Shown here: one piece after another, positions 37,634-47,790 of the stretch
Position numbering within the stretch: position 1 is the first letter of the stretch
How the letters are laid out: every line of letters starts with the position of its first letter
IMG/VR virus record: IMGVR_UViG_3300027770_000027
Span: 1 to 64,000 of that record
Reading direction: 5' to 3' (one strand)
Length of the DNA stretch: 64,000 bases
Position numbers and translations under genes: made by a program
The notes under the pieces: model-generated
What the model saw: only the letters and a program-made list of their open reading frames with translations
Told to the model about the DNA's origin: nothing
Database searches by the model: none

Positions 37634-39001
37634 TTATTGGCAAGCCCAATCTACAGATTCATTTGTATTCAATTGAATAGATTTGGTGGATTTGGGATAA
37701 GTCAACATCAAGTTTAATTGATCCGGTTCAAATCCTCCAGAAGCAGTTCTGACCTGTAATATAAATTGTTTGACTTTATTGTTTTTACCTTTAGTCCATA
37801 ATTCTATATCAAAGTGTTTTTTCTTCTTTGTTTTGGATTCAAAATATGGATAAGAAATATATCCACCATCACTTAGTGGTTCACCTATAAAATCTAAAAC
37901 ATCCTGTGGTGTCATTAAACTTTCAAGTTGCATACCATCTTTTTCCAGGTCTCTCAAATAGTAATAACCATATGAACAAGCGGCTTGAACCATCTCTTTT
38001 ATATATTGTGAAGAACCTGGAATGATATCTCTTTTGAACGAAGTTTGATTACCCTCAATTTTTCCCATATAAGCCGCGCCAGTTTTACTTAATCTATCCA
38101 ATGCAAATTCTACATCAAAATTTAAATTGGTTAACATGTGTCCTACAAAGCTTTTAGTTCCGTTTGGATCAAATCCAAAAGCTGGTTTTTTAGTATCTGT
38201 ATAAAAGAATAAACCAGTTGCTCCTGAGTTTAATATAGTGTATCCGTCTATATTTTTAAAAGATATATAAATTTCCTTTCCGTTGATATCTTTTCCTATC
38301 ATATCTGCTATGGCAGAACCATAATCTTCACATTTACCTGTAAAGGGTCTTCGAGTAGAACCCTTCCGAGATTCTACCGATACAATCTGTATATTGAATT
38401 TTTCTTTGAATAAATTTATTACAACATTATCAGCTGGTCTTTCACTTTCAGAAGAAGCTTTAAGAGTATCTAACATTTGTTTTTCGGCTTGATTTCCTTT
38501 ATTTCCAAAAGTTCCTTTGCCGATTACTATCTTGCACTCTGTTGAAAAATCTGGTTGATTAGTTTCTGGATTAATTTTTGCTATTAAATATGTATAAAAT
38601 TTTGAAGAAAGAGAATCAGCTGTTCTTCCAATGCCTTGAGATGTTTCGTCAGGCACATCGTTGTAAGGATTACTTCTCTTCACACAGACATATCCGGATC
38701 CTTGGATAATAGCATTCAATTCGTCCGCGGATAAATTTGTATATTTGTCTGCAGATTCTTGATCCTGAGCTGTAATTCTGATGTGAGGATGTTTTTCAGC
38801 AAATACCTTAGAAGTTTTATTTGCTATCTTTACCTTTCCCGGAAAAAAATTTCTCAAAACTACACCAGCTTCTAGTAGTCTTTTACCCAAAGGAGAGGCA
38901 GCTGCCTCTAAGATGCTGCTATAAGTTTCTGTTAAAGATTGTTTTTTTACAGTATTTGATTGTTTGGAAAGGCTACTCCAAAAATGGTGATTGAAAGGCA
39001 T
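37634..39001 (-). CDS. Putative restriction-endonuclease-fold (PD-(D/E)xK variant) nuclease
   Basis: GNKGNQAEKQML helix, IADMIG, IYISFK; AATAAATA upstream. Confidence 0.5.
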   Translation of the reverse strand: MPFNHHFWSSLSKQSNTVKKQSLTETYSSILEAAASPLGKRLLEAGVVLRNFFPGKVKIANKTSKVFAEKHPHIRITAQDQESADKYTNLSADELNAIIQGSGYVCVKRSNPYNDVPDETSQGIGRTADSLSSKFYTYLIAKINPETNQPDFSTECKIVIGKGTFGNKGNQAEKQMLDTLKASSESERPADNVVINLFKEKFNIQIVSVESRKGSTRRPFTGKCEDYGSAIADMIGKDINGKEIYISFKNIDGYTILNSGATGLFFYTDTKKPAFGFDPNGTKSFVGHMLTNLNFDVEFALDRLSKTGAAYMGKIEGNQTSFKRDIIPGSSQYIKEMVQAACSYGYYYLRDLEKDGMQLESLMTPQDVLDFIGEPLSDGGYISYPYFESKTKKKKHFDIELWTKGKNNKVKQFILQVRTASGGFEPDQLNLMLTYPKSTKSIQLNTNESVDWACQ

Positions 39002-39017
39002 ATGATATATTTATTCC

Positions 39018-39052
39018 AAAAGGACTGGGAGTCAATCTCTCCCAGTCCTTTT
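39018..39052. terminator. Intrinsic terminator (14-bp stem)
   Basis: AAAAGGACTGGGAG-tcaatct-CTCCCAGTCCTTTT. Confidence 0.85.
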
Positions 39053-39061
39053 ATCTCTGAA

Positions 39062-39367
39062 TTAAAAACTTCCAATTGTAATAGCTCCTAGTGGATCTTC
39101 TGAAAGTTTTACCAGAGCCCTGCCAAGAGCAATTGAGTTGCCCAACTTCCGATTGAAACTGTCTTGTAGAGAACAATGGGCTTCACCAATCACAGTAACC
39201 TCGTTGTTAGGTGTGGTGACATCAATTCGAGTATAACCCCCTTTAGCGGAAAGACGTTTTGATTGATCCATACGAGCCATTCTGGTTGGTGGTGTTTCAT
39301 AATGACGAGTGTGTAGTATACGAACCTTGAAGCCAGCTTTGCGAAGTTTTTGAATTGTTGGTTGCAT
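39062..39367 (-). CDS. Conserved-type phage hypothetical protein
   Basis: GGYTRIDV...GEAHCSLQDSFNRKLGNSIALGRA; TTGATT-17-TATGAT-6 nt-ATG(39367). Confidence 0.55.
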   Translation of the reverse strand: MQPTIQKLRKAGFKVRILHTRHYETPPTRMARMDQSKRLSAKGGYTRIDVTTPNNEVTVIGEAHCSLQDSFNRKLGNSIALGRALVKLSEDPLGAITIGSF

Positions 39368-39410
39368 GTATAGATCATACAGCAAATGTGTTAATCAATC
39401 AACTAGAAAA

Positions 39411-39835
39411 TGGTGGAGGCGAGGGGAGTTGAACCCCTGTCCTGAAAACTTAGACTTTAGCGTCTACAATCATATTTTGCTAACATTATAGGGACAAAGG
39501 GTTGTTAGCTAGTTTTTAGTCTACCTGCTGGCGCGAAGTCTACCAGCTACTCTCGGCTTGTTTTTATTGAGCTTCACGATCTTACTCAAACCTACTTAGG
39601 TTACTCCAGAAATTTTAATAGGATCCATTTCTGTTTGTTAGGCTGCGAGCTCGTACATCTCTTCTTCTGCGAGGTAATCCTCGAAGTTGTTGATGATGTG
39701 GGTTGCTTCAGCTAAGAGTGCTTCTGTATTATCAGTTGCATTTATTTGTTTGTCCAGAGATTTTAACGAGGCCAACCAGACTTCCTCGGATTGCAACTAA
39801 AGTTTTCAGCGCTCAGTCGAAACCAATGCGCCCCC
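39411..39835 (-). ncRNA. ssrA: tmRNA
   Basis: 5' GGGGGCG pairs with 3' CGCCUCC-ACCA (G3.U70); GGUUUCGAC; T-arm GGGGUUCAACUCCCC; resume context AUAAAU-GCA; tag ORF 39739-39638 ending LAA*. Confidence 0.95.
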
Positions 39836-39891
39836 AAATGTTAAAGATCTATTTACAATTATATAACAATTATATAATTATTCAAGCAAAA

Positions 39892-40128
39892 TTATTCAAA
39901 AGAAGGATTTGGAGCCGATAATTTTTCCAACGCCTTAAGGAAAACACTATCATTGTTCCATGAACGGGCTTCTTTAGAATCATATTCTGCAGGTCCCCAC
40001 AAAATCAAAGACCTTGGCAAACCGTGAATTCTAGCCGTAATTTTTTTTTCAAAAAAACTATCACGAACTGCCAAAATATTAATTTCATTCAATTCTACAG
40101 AGGTCTCAGACTGTACTACAATTTTCAT
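39892..40128 (-). CDS. Hypothetical protein
   Basis: 78-aa ORF; CTAAATAAATA upstream. Confidence 0.5.
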   Translation of the reverse strand: MKIVVQSETSVELNEINILAVRDSFFEKKITARIHGLPRSLILWGPAEYDSKEARSWNNDSVFLKALEKLSAPNPSFE

Positions 40129-40161
40129 ATATTTATTTAGTTATATTGGGTTCAATTGTTA

Positions 40162-41847
40162 CTATGAAATTGTATTAATGGTATGAGGCACTAAGATGCT
40201 TGCTTTTTGAACTCCTTTATTAATAATTCCTTGATTGGTTAAAATAACTTGAAGTGTTCCTGTGGTACCAAAATCAATTGCATTATGTCCTTTGACAATA
40301 CTAATGGTATTAGACAAGACTATACCACCAACTGTAACTCTTGCATATTTATCACCAGACAAAATTACATTATTTGTAGATATTTGACCATACTTGAATC
40401 TAAGAGCTCCACCAGTTGATGTAGGACCTGGATTTGTTAAAGTATCTCTATCAGACTCTGTTTGGTAAATTGTAATGGAATCTGCTCCTGTAAATATTAA
40501 TTCACTATCTAAATTATTGGATCTTATTAATATTTTATCAGAAATTAAATTATTATTTAATTGGTAAAAATCTTTGCCAATTGCAAATACTATATCATCA
40601 GTCAATACTATACTTTTTAGTATTAAAGTATCTCCCGAAATGCTAACAACATTACTTGCGGTTGCATCCAAAGCTAATCCATTTTTAAAAGATAATGTAC
40701 CAAAAGTTTCTGATTCAATATCTCCGTAATCAATGCCGTCAGATGTTGTTTGATAATAAGACAAATAATCATGTATCTTCGCGACAGAGTCTAGATTATT
40801 ATAAGCAGATGCCACGTCAACCTTGGTTTCTGTTATAAACAAATCTTTAACGTAATTGGGATTAATTGTAATAGTTGATCCGATGGCGGGATCAACTGTA
40901 AAATTTTCACTGATTGAATAGTACCCATATTTTGCTATTTTATAATTCCACAATCCAGACGCATTAGATGCTAATACAATTGAAGAAGGTTCTGTAATAA
41001 AATATTGTTTAGAGTTAGTATTATCATATATTCCAACACTGCCACTTAATGGACTTATATTAATAATTGTAGGTGCATAATTTTGAATTTCTGGATCAGT
41101 GGCATTGTTAATTGTAGAATTAACACGCTTGATTAAAACATTACCAGTTCCTATATTAACAACAGTACCAATAGTACAATTAGTATATGTAATAGATGCC
41201 GGAGAATTTGTATTGTAAATTAATGTGCCGTTAATTATTACATTTGTTAAATCATTTGGAGTTTTGTCTGTTGCACTAGCTGCTATAGTGATATTTGTAA
41301 TCCCACTATTACCAGAAACTGAAAGAGTTCCATTTGTCTTAACGGATGCTCCAGAAAGCGTATTGCAATGAAGTACAAAAGTACTTCCGTCATAACTAAA
41401 TGCTGGGGAAGCAGAATCAAATAGAATAATATTATTAGAACCTACGTCTAATGTAGATGCATAAAAATTTAAATCTCCATATCCTAATCCAGCACTAGTA
41501 GTTCTGTAATAAGATAGGTAATCATAAATCTTTTGTGTTACACTAAAATCAGAATAAGCAGAAACGGATGCGACTACATCAGATACATAAATGTCTTGGA
41601 TATATGTTGGAGCAATTGTTACGATACCTCCAGCAGCACGATCAATCGTAAATGTACCAGTAACTAACTTGTATCCGTATTTAGCAATCTTATACGTCCA
41701 CGTTCCAGTAGCTGAATAAGGCAGTTCTAAAGTACCGTCTGTATTTTGATAATACTGCTGAGTTGTCGCGTTATCATAGATAGCAATATACCCTCCTTGT
41801 AAAGTCAGGCTTATATAAGTTGGGATATATGTTAAAATATTAGACAT
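40162..41847 (-). CDS. Repeat-containing adhesin/tail-fibre-associated protein
   Basis: Two copies of IYDN...YKIAKYGY...FT.D...I.P.Y..D...KI.DYLSYY.TT..G..YGD. Confidence 0.6.
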   Translation of the reverse strand: MSNILTYIPTYISLTLQGGYIAIYDNATTQQYYQNTDGTLELPYSATGTWTYKIAKYGYKLVTGTFTIDRAAGGIVTIAPTYIQDIYVSDVVASVSAYSDFSVTQKIYDYLSYYRTTSAGLGYGDLNFYASTLDVGSNNIILFDSASPAFSYDGSTFVLHCNTLSGASVKTNGTLSVSGNSGITNITIAASATDKTPNDLTNVIINGTLIYNTNSPASITYTNCTIGTVVNIGTGNVLIKRVNSTINNATDPEIQNYAPTIINISPLSGSVGIYDNTNSKQYFITEPSSIVLASNASGLWNYKIAKYGYYSISENFTVDPAIGSTITINPNYVKDLFITETKVDVASAYNNLDSVAKIHDYLSYYQTTSDGIDYGDIESETFGTLSFKNGLALDATASNVVSISGDTLILKSIVLTDDIVFAIGKDFYQLNNNLISDKILIRSNNLDSELIFTGADSITIYQTESDRDTLTNPGPTSTGGALRFKYGQISTNNVILSGDKYARVTVGGIVLSNTISIVKGHNAIDFGTTGTLQVILTNQGIINKGVQKASILVPHTINTIS

Positions 41848-44287
41848 AGGTTACAGTAGAATTTATCTTCTTAATTGTTACGTTTGCTGATCCTTCATTG
41901 GTAGCGCTAGTTATGGTACAATTAGTGTATGTTACCAATGAAGGAGTGTTTGTATTGTAGCTTAGCAATTTAGAAATTGTTACTCCATTTAAGTTGGATA
42001 CATTTAATGAAGATACGTTTGCATTAACTGTTATATTTGACAGAATAGCGCTGCCAGATAATGTCACCAATCCACTTGTCTTTACAGTATTAAAATTATT
42101 ACCAGAAGAAAGTAAAGGAGTTTTAATTGTTATTGTATTTGAAGCACTAGCATATGCGAAATTTGTAGATGCTGAATTATTAACAACAATGTTCTTATCA
42201 CCAAAATCTAACACAGTTCCGTTCCTTGTATATAAGTCTAGATACGAAGTTGATAATGGATTATTAATTGTCCAGTAATTGGAAGCATCATAGAGACGAT
42301 CTAAATTAGTTATATCAACGGAAGATACTTGGTTTTCTGTTAATGTTGTTAATGTATCAACACTTCTATAAGCATTTTTAACTACTTCATATCCATACCA
42401 TCTTACATCTTTAATAAAGGGATCTAAATTTAAACCGTCAAGATAAACAAAACCTGTAGAAAGTGTACTTGTTCCTGTCAATCTAATTTCTATATCACCA
42501 GTATATGTTGGTGTAAGATCATATTCGAAACCATTCCAAGTATTTACAGATGATTGACAAGTAAATGTTGTAGTAGTAACTGCACCACCGAACGTAATTG
42601 AAGGTGGAGTGGTTGAACCATAAGCTGAATCAAATCTTAAATTACCTTTAATTTTTTGAGTAACACCTTGAATAGCTGGTATAGTAAATATTTTAACAAA
42701 TGCTGTATTTGGAATTTTTGGTCTAAACGAAAGTGAAGTTAAACCATTTTTTCTTATAGAAGAATTTGTTGTTGCGTGATAAAAATAATTGAATGAAGTA
42801 GATGTACTATCGTTATTCGGATTAAAGATATTAAAAGTAGCCTCATTAAGAGTTCTGTTTACAGTAGAAAATGTATACGAAGAAATTGGAACACTCATTG
42901 TGCAGTTTAACAATGTCATGTCACCAAACACATTTAGAGTATTAGTTGCTATTGTTCTAGGAGATGGATATACAAGAGTGCAGTTATTTGCTTTCCATGA
43001 GTTTAAATTGTCAAAATATAAAAGCTGACCGTTTGATCTTAATGTGCAGTTATTAAGTATATTATACGCTCCAGTAGTACCAACTGGTAGAATATTAGTT
43101 TCAGCATTTAAGTAAGAATTTTCGAATGTTATTTTATATGGTCCAGCCGATTCATATCCTATACCACATCTATATATTACAGAATTTGTAACTTTTGTTA
43201 GATTATTAGCTCCAAAATAAAATGAACCTATGGTGGAATTACTAGGAACAATGATAGCAATATCATCTGCAATAATTTCATTATAAGGTAGTCCTGTAGA
43301 AGTGAAAGCGGGGGCAGTTGAAGCGTTTAAAGAAATTGATATTCCTTTAAAAATAGGTTGTGTTATAGAACTATATGTAACAGTACAAATTAATGCTCCA
43401 ACACCAGCGAGAATATTACCAGTTGCATCTGTTCTTGTCCAATTAGTACCAAAATTTTCAAATGAAACATTATTAACTTGATAAGCTCCATTTGAACCAT
43501 CTAAAATTAATCCAGCAGCTTGAGGAGAACTTTCTAAAGATTTTAAAGTTACCGTGCTGCTAAAATTACCAACTCTCGTTCCTGCTAATCTTGCAAAGTT
43601 TAAATTAGTATCTAAAGTAATTGTATTACCAGAAACGTTTGAAATTCTTGCACTAAAAGCTCTACTTGTACTAGTAGTATCAGATTCAATCCAGATTAAA
43701 TCACCATTTGCCCAATTTTTACTAGCATTAACAACAATTTGATTTTGAGAAGCACTTGCAGGAGATGTTAAAAAGGTATTTCTTGTTTTCTCTAAACCAC
43801 AAAAACATGCAGAATTATACAGAGTTAAAGTTGATACACGGTTAACATATATTGCTGCTGAACCATCTCTATTACAAGAGAGTGAAATTGTAGAAGTAAC
43901 TGATGATAAAGGATCATTTACTGTACCCCAATCCAAAAATGAATTAGTTGTTAATACACTTGCACCGTCTACCCAAATAGTTCCTACTGCTGTTAATGCT
44001 GTATTTTGAGTCCTTGATGCTCTTAATGTACCTCCACTTAATATGATTGAGGCAGTTGAAATATTTTTAGTACCAGTGCCAAGCGTATGTCCTCCTCCTC
44101 CATCACCAAATACACCTGAAGTATTATATGTAACAGTATGGCCTTGCCTAATGACAATTTTATCTCTACCGTTAGATTGAGGAGCAACACTAGCAGTTGC
44201 TGTTGGTGTAAATGTACCAGTTGCAGCAGTTAACCATATTGATGCTGTTGTCCAATCTCCTGTTCCATTTGAAATATACGTTGCCAT
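41840..44287 (-). CDS. Beta-helix (G8/pectin-lyase-like) tailspike/adhesin with a CBM-like module
   Basis: N-terminal GDWTTASIW...IVIRQGHTVTY; Asn-ladder repeats NNCTL/LNCTM; jelly-roll-like VNTWNGFEYDLTPTYTGDIEIRL..VYLDG. Confidence 0.6.
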   Translation of the reverse strand: MATYISNGTGDWTTASIWLTAATGTFTPTATASVAPQSNGRDKIVIRQGHTVTYNTSGVFGDGGGGHTLGTGTKNISTASIILSGGTLRASRTQNTALTAVGTIWVDGASVLTTNSFLDWGTVNDPLSSVTSTISLSCNRDGSAAIYVNRVSTLTLYNSACFCGLEKTRNTFLTSPASASQNQIVVNASKNWANGDLIWIESDTTSTSRAFSARISNVSGNTITLDTNLNFARLAGTRVGNFSSTVTLKSLESSPQAAGLILDGSNGAYQVNNVSFENFGTNWTRTDATGNILAGVGALICTVTYSSITQPIFKGISISLNASTAPAFTSTGLPYNEIIADDIAIIVPSNSTIGSFYFGANNLTKVTNSVIYRCGIGYESAGPYKITFENSYLNAETNILPVGTTGAYNILNNCTLRSNGQLLYFDNLNSWKANNCTLVYPSPRTIATNTLNVFGDMTLLNCTMSVPISSYTFSTVNRTLNEATFNIFNPNNDSTSTSFNYFYHATTNSSIRKNGLTSLSFRPKIPNTAFVKIFTIPAIQGVTQKIKGNLRFDSAYGSTTPPSITFGGAVTTTTFTCQSSVNTWNGFEYDLTPTYTGDIEIRLTGTSTLSTGFVYLDGLNLDPFIKDVRWYGYEVVKNAYRSVDTLTTLTENQVSSVDITNLDRLYDASNYWTINNPLSTSYLDLYTRNGTVLDFGDKNIVVNNSASTNFAYASASNTITIKTPLLSSGNNFNTVKTSGLVTLSGSAILSNITVNANVSSLNVSNLNGVTISKLLSYNTNTPSLVTYTNCTITSATNEGSANVTIKKINSTVTYV

Positions 44288-44303
44288 GTTATAGTTGTAT
44301 TTA

Positions 44304-45746
44304 TTATAATGTAATCGATTTACTAGCTACTAATCCAGAAACTGCTGTGCCGTTCCATGTAGTGTAGAAAGCATCTGTGCTGCCATTAGTTGATATAAAT
44401 CTGTAATATGTTTTGTTTGTTGGAGAGGAGTTGTAAACATAACTGTATACTTCTCCAGTTCCTATAGTTGCCAATAAAGTAGGAGCAATGTTATATCCTC
44501 TAACTAAAGTCATCCAATCAACTACTGTTTTATTTGTTAAAGTCTGAGTTCCGCTTAGAGTGACATAGGTACTAGAAACCGCTTGATATGTGGTGGCTGT
44601 GTTATGAGCAATATTCCAATTACTTGATAAATTATTTGTAGTAGAATAAACAGAGGCCCATTTGGGAGTATCAACTGTAGAAAATGTTCCAGTTACAGTT
44701 AAATTTCCGTTAACCGTTCCCCCAGATTTATCAAATTTAGCACTTAAATCTGTTGTTAAATTTAATATCTTAGATTGATTAATTTGAGCATTTGAAGCTA
44801 CATCTACATCAACCAACAAAGATGCTGGTGTTTGATATATACCGTTAATTACTTTTACTAGCCCAGACCCACCCACAGATGGTAAAGTTGTATGAAAATG
44901 TGTTGGTGTATTACCTCCAAACCCAAAAGTTACATGATGGTTATTAGAGCTTGCTTTTGCTCTAAACTCAACGTATATACGATCTGATGTTAGTATAGGT
45001 GTTTGAGTGAGTAAACATGAAATAACTATAGGGTAAAAAACACCCCCGTTTGTTAATTTTGTACTCTCTGAAGTTGATAATAAAGTTGGAGCATTAACCC
45101 CGTCGTATTTGTATATCAATGCTTGTACTAATAGTGTTTCATTTTGGTTAGCATCACTATACCCCCATAGATTAAAATCCCATAGACCTGCTGGAATAGC
45201 AGTAATGTTAGGGTCTAATACATCTGATACAAATCCCGCAACTAGATCATAATTAACCTGTGAAAGTGTAGGACTAGTGACAATAGTCTGAGCTGATAGC
45301 CCTGTTCGTCCTAGTTCATGAGCAGTTAATGGTAAATTGGTAGTTGGCGATTGAGCAGATAGTCCTTGATTTAAGAAGTATGTTAATCCACCTCCTCCAC
45401 TACCCCCTACGGCAATTGATCCGGGAACCCAAGCTGTTCCATTCCATTGTAAAATCTGTCCATTAACAGGAGTTGCTGTACTAATCGTATAGCCTTGCAA
45501 TTTAGAAACTGTAGGATTTGGATAAGATCCAGAAAGATCTCCTCCTGCAGAACCCGTAGTGGTGTCTGCCCCTGCCCATTGAGCGGAAGAAGCAAGAACC
45601 GTAGAATATGTAGCATTCCACAGAGTAGAATTGCCCCCATTGGCATAAACAACATTCTGAGCAGAAGCAGATCCTATAAGAGACAAGGATCCACTGCCAT
45701 ATGTGTTGCCGTATACAACTAAATCATCTACTACATTTATAGACAT
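44304..45746 (-). CDS. Tail fibre-like protein
   Basis: AGGDLSGSYPNPTV, GQILQWNGTAWVP, KFDKSGGTVNGNLTV fibre motifs. Confidence 0.65.
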   Translation of the reverse strand: MSINVVDDLVVYGNTYGSGSLSLIGSASAQNVVYANGGNSTLWNATYSTVLASSAQWAGADTTTGSAGGDLSGSYPNPTVSKLQGYTISTATPVNGQILQWNGTAWVPGSIAVGGSGGGGLTYFLNQGLSAQSPTTNLPLTAHELGRTGLSAQTIVTSPTLSQVNYDLVAGFVSDVLDPNITAIPAGLWDFNLWGYSDANQNETLLVQALIYKYDGVNAPTLLSTSESTKLTNGGVFYPIVISCLLTQTPILTSDRIYVEFRAKASSNNHHVTFGFGGNTPTHFHTTLPSVGGSGLVKVINGIYQTPASLLVDVDVASNAQINQSKILNLTTDLSAKFDKSGGTVNGNLTVTGTFSTVDTPKWASVYSTTNNLSSNWNIAHNTATTYQAVSSTYVTLSGTQTLTNKTVVDWMTLVRGYNIAPTLLATIGTGEVYSYVYNSSPTNKTYYRFISTNGSTDAFYTTWNGTAVSGLVASKSITL

Positions 45747-45774
45747 ACATATCTATTTATCTTTATAAACAACA

Positions 45775-47040
45775 TTACCCTATGATAACGGCCTTATAGG
45801 CATTAGTTGTTGGTATAAAGCTAAAAGATACGACTGTAATGTATGGATCTTTGTTTGCAATGGTGGGAATTACAGTTTGACCACTAGAGTTATCATATAT
45901 ATTAACTACTCTATCAATAGAACTAATAGTGTGAGAAATAGAGAATATTCTATTTATTCCGTCTCCTATAAGAGCTACTTGCTTACTGCTTATGTTAAGA
46001 GCAGTTACCAAGGCGTATGTAGTATTCCAGCGAGCAGATAAGCTATTAACAGTTGCTTCGACCGATGCAATCTTGGGTTGATATACAGCTGAGGATAACA
46101 CCCCATCCAGATGAGATCCGTCCCCGTAATGAGTACCAGATAAACTAGCCGCATTTACATACTGGCTAAAGACTCCATAAGAAGCAGAAACTGAATTAGA
46201 TATAGAAACATCTGACGTGGTAATTTGTTTATCAAAATATACATTGTCGGTAGCACTAACAGTGCCTATCACTGTTAGGGTCTTATTAGGAGCGGATGTA
46301 TTGATGCCAATAACTCCAGCTGGTATTGTTCCGTTAGTAAATTTGGCGTTTCCTACATGCAACGCTTCTATACCATCAGCATCATAGAAACTTGCAATGT
46401 TTCCAGGACCAAGTCCTTGTTGAACATACAAGGCAGGACCGTCCCCTAGATTGATAACACTTAAAGAACTGGTATTAGTGAAGACTGTGGTGTTATTAAA
46501 GGTGGTGGTTCCGGTTGCGGTTAAGTTTCCTACAACAGTAACATTGCCAACAATAATATCTGTATGAAGAGCATATGTTGATAGATTGTTATAAACCGTG
46601 GCATTGTCTACAAATAAATTTTTTGCAGATATTTGATTAGTGGCAATAACACCACCAGCTTTAAGAGATAATACATCTAATTCTGCACCTCTTAATAATG
46701 CTGCAAGGTCACTAGCAGATCCTAAAGGAGATCCGTTTAGTACAATTGAAGACGCACTCAGTCCATCAAAAATTGCATTTTTACCAGACAGTAGTCCTGT
46801 AAGAGTTCCTCCAGTTAATGAAAGCTTGGAAGGATCTATACCAGTAACATTAGTAACAAATGTACCGTCCCCATAAAAATAATTGAAATGGGCATTATCT
46901 CCCGACAATCCAGCAAACCCCGTAAGTTGGCCCCCAGAAAGAGGTAGAACATTAGTTAGTCCACTGCCGTCTCCGTATATAATAGAATTGGAGGATACAG
47001 ACCCAGAAACTGTAAGAGCATCTAAAAATTGAACAGCCAT
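45775..47040 (-). CDS. Tail fibre-like protein
   Basis: LPLSGGQLTG, LSLTGGTLTG, IGINTSAPNKTLTVIG fibre repeats. Confidence 0.65.
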   Translation of the reverse strand: MAVQFLDALTVSGSVSSNSIIYGDGSGLTNVLPLSGGQLTGFAGLSGDNAHFNYFYGDGTFVTNVTGIDPSKLSLTGGTLTGLLSGKNAIFDGLSASSIVLNGSPLGSASDLAALLRGAELDVLSLKAGGVIATNQISAKNLFVDNATVYNNLSTYALHTDIIVGNVTVVGNLTATGTTTFNNTTVFTNTSSLSVINLGDGPALYVQQGLGPGNIASFYDADGIEALHVGNAKFTNGTIPAGVIGINTSAPNKTLTVIGTVSATDNVYFDKQITTSDVSISNSVSASYGVFSQYVNAASLSGTHYGDGSHLDGVLSSAVYQPKIASVEATVNSLSARWNTTYALVTALNISSKQVALIGDGINRIFSISHTISSIDRVVNIYDNSSGQTVIPTIANKDPYITVVSFSFIPTTNAYKAVIIG

Positions 47041-47075
47041 ATGATACTACTTATCCCTTAGTAGTACCATGATTC

Positions 47076-47411
47076 TTATAATTTGCCACCTACTCGATGA
47101 GTGGCTCTATCACCTAGTAACCCTGCCCAGGCATTTCTGACTTGATCTCTCAGAGGATCTACAGAAGGTTCTTTAATAGCTCCTGTCCGAAATCCTGAAC
47201 AGGTGACATAATTTAAAACCCGACGAACCCTCCACGGATTATTTGGATCTACATCAAAATAAGCTTGCAGCCCCTTTACACACTCCGGCCCTTGAGCTGC
47301 CCATTTACCCTTCAACCACACTCGAAGCTTTTGCCACTCTGGATCATCAACTACAATTTGAATATTGGTTGCTTTTACCTTTTTTGCCAACTCTTGAATA
47401 CTTTCTTTCAT
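47076..47411 (-). CDS. Hypothetical protein
   Basis: 111 aa; TTCCCC-type promoter 6 nt upstream of the ATG. Confidence 0.55.
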   Translation of the reverse strand: MKESIQELAKKVKATNIQIVVDDPEWQKLRVWLKGKWAAQGPECVKGLQAYFDVDPNNPWRVRRVLNYVTCSGFRTGAIKEPSVDPLRDQVRNAWAGLLGDRATHRVGGKL

Positions 47412-47448
47412 ACTACTATAATAGTAGAATTATTGGGGAAGTTCCCGA

Positions 47449-47739
47449 TTAATCTGAGTGGTGTTCATGTTCCGGATCAGAATGGTGTGCTTCTATGTGG
47501 GCATCTAGATGGGCATCATCAATAAATGCCCTCCAAGCAATCAATCCTTGCAATACAAAATTAATAAGAATGATTGACCATTTAATTAAATGCCCTTCAG
47601 GAACTTCTACATGAGACACTGCCTGGGATGCTGTCTGTAAATAATGATTTAAGTCCGCTAGTAAAGAAGCTAGAGAAGCTGTCGTGATATACAGTATTAA
47701 TTTAGTAGTAGGACTACATAAAGAATTCTTTTTACCCAT
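47449..47739 (-). CDS. Small membrane protein with a His-rich tail
   Basis: Two hydrophobic helices; DDAHLDAHIEAHHSDPEHEHHSD. Confidence 0.55.
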   Translation of the reverse strand: MGKKNSLCSPTTKLILYITTASLASLLADLNHYLQTASQAVSHVEVPEGHLIKWSIILINFVLQGLIAWRAFIDDAHLDAHIEAHHSDPEHEHHSD

Positions 47740-47790
47740 ATAATATATTTATCCGCTTTATATGGACACTATGGCGATTAAATAAGAAAC

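Noticed and set aside
40162-47040. Diversity-generating retroelement acting on the fibre genes
   Set aside because: No reverse transcriptase and no near-identical TR/VR pair differing at adenines was seen; the repeats are old protein-level duplications
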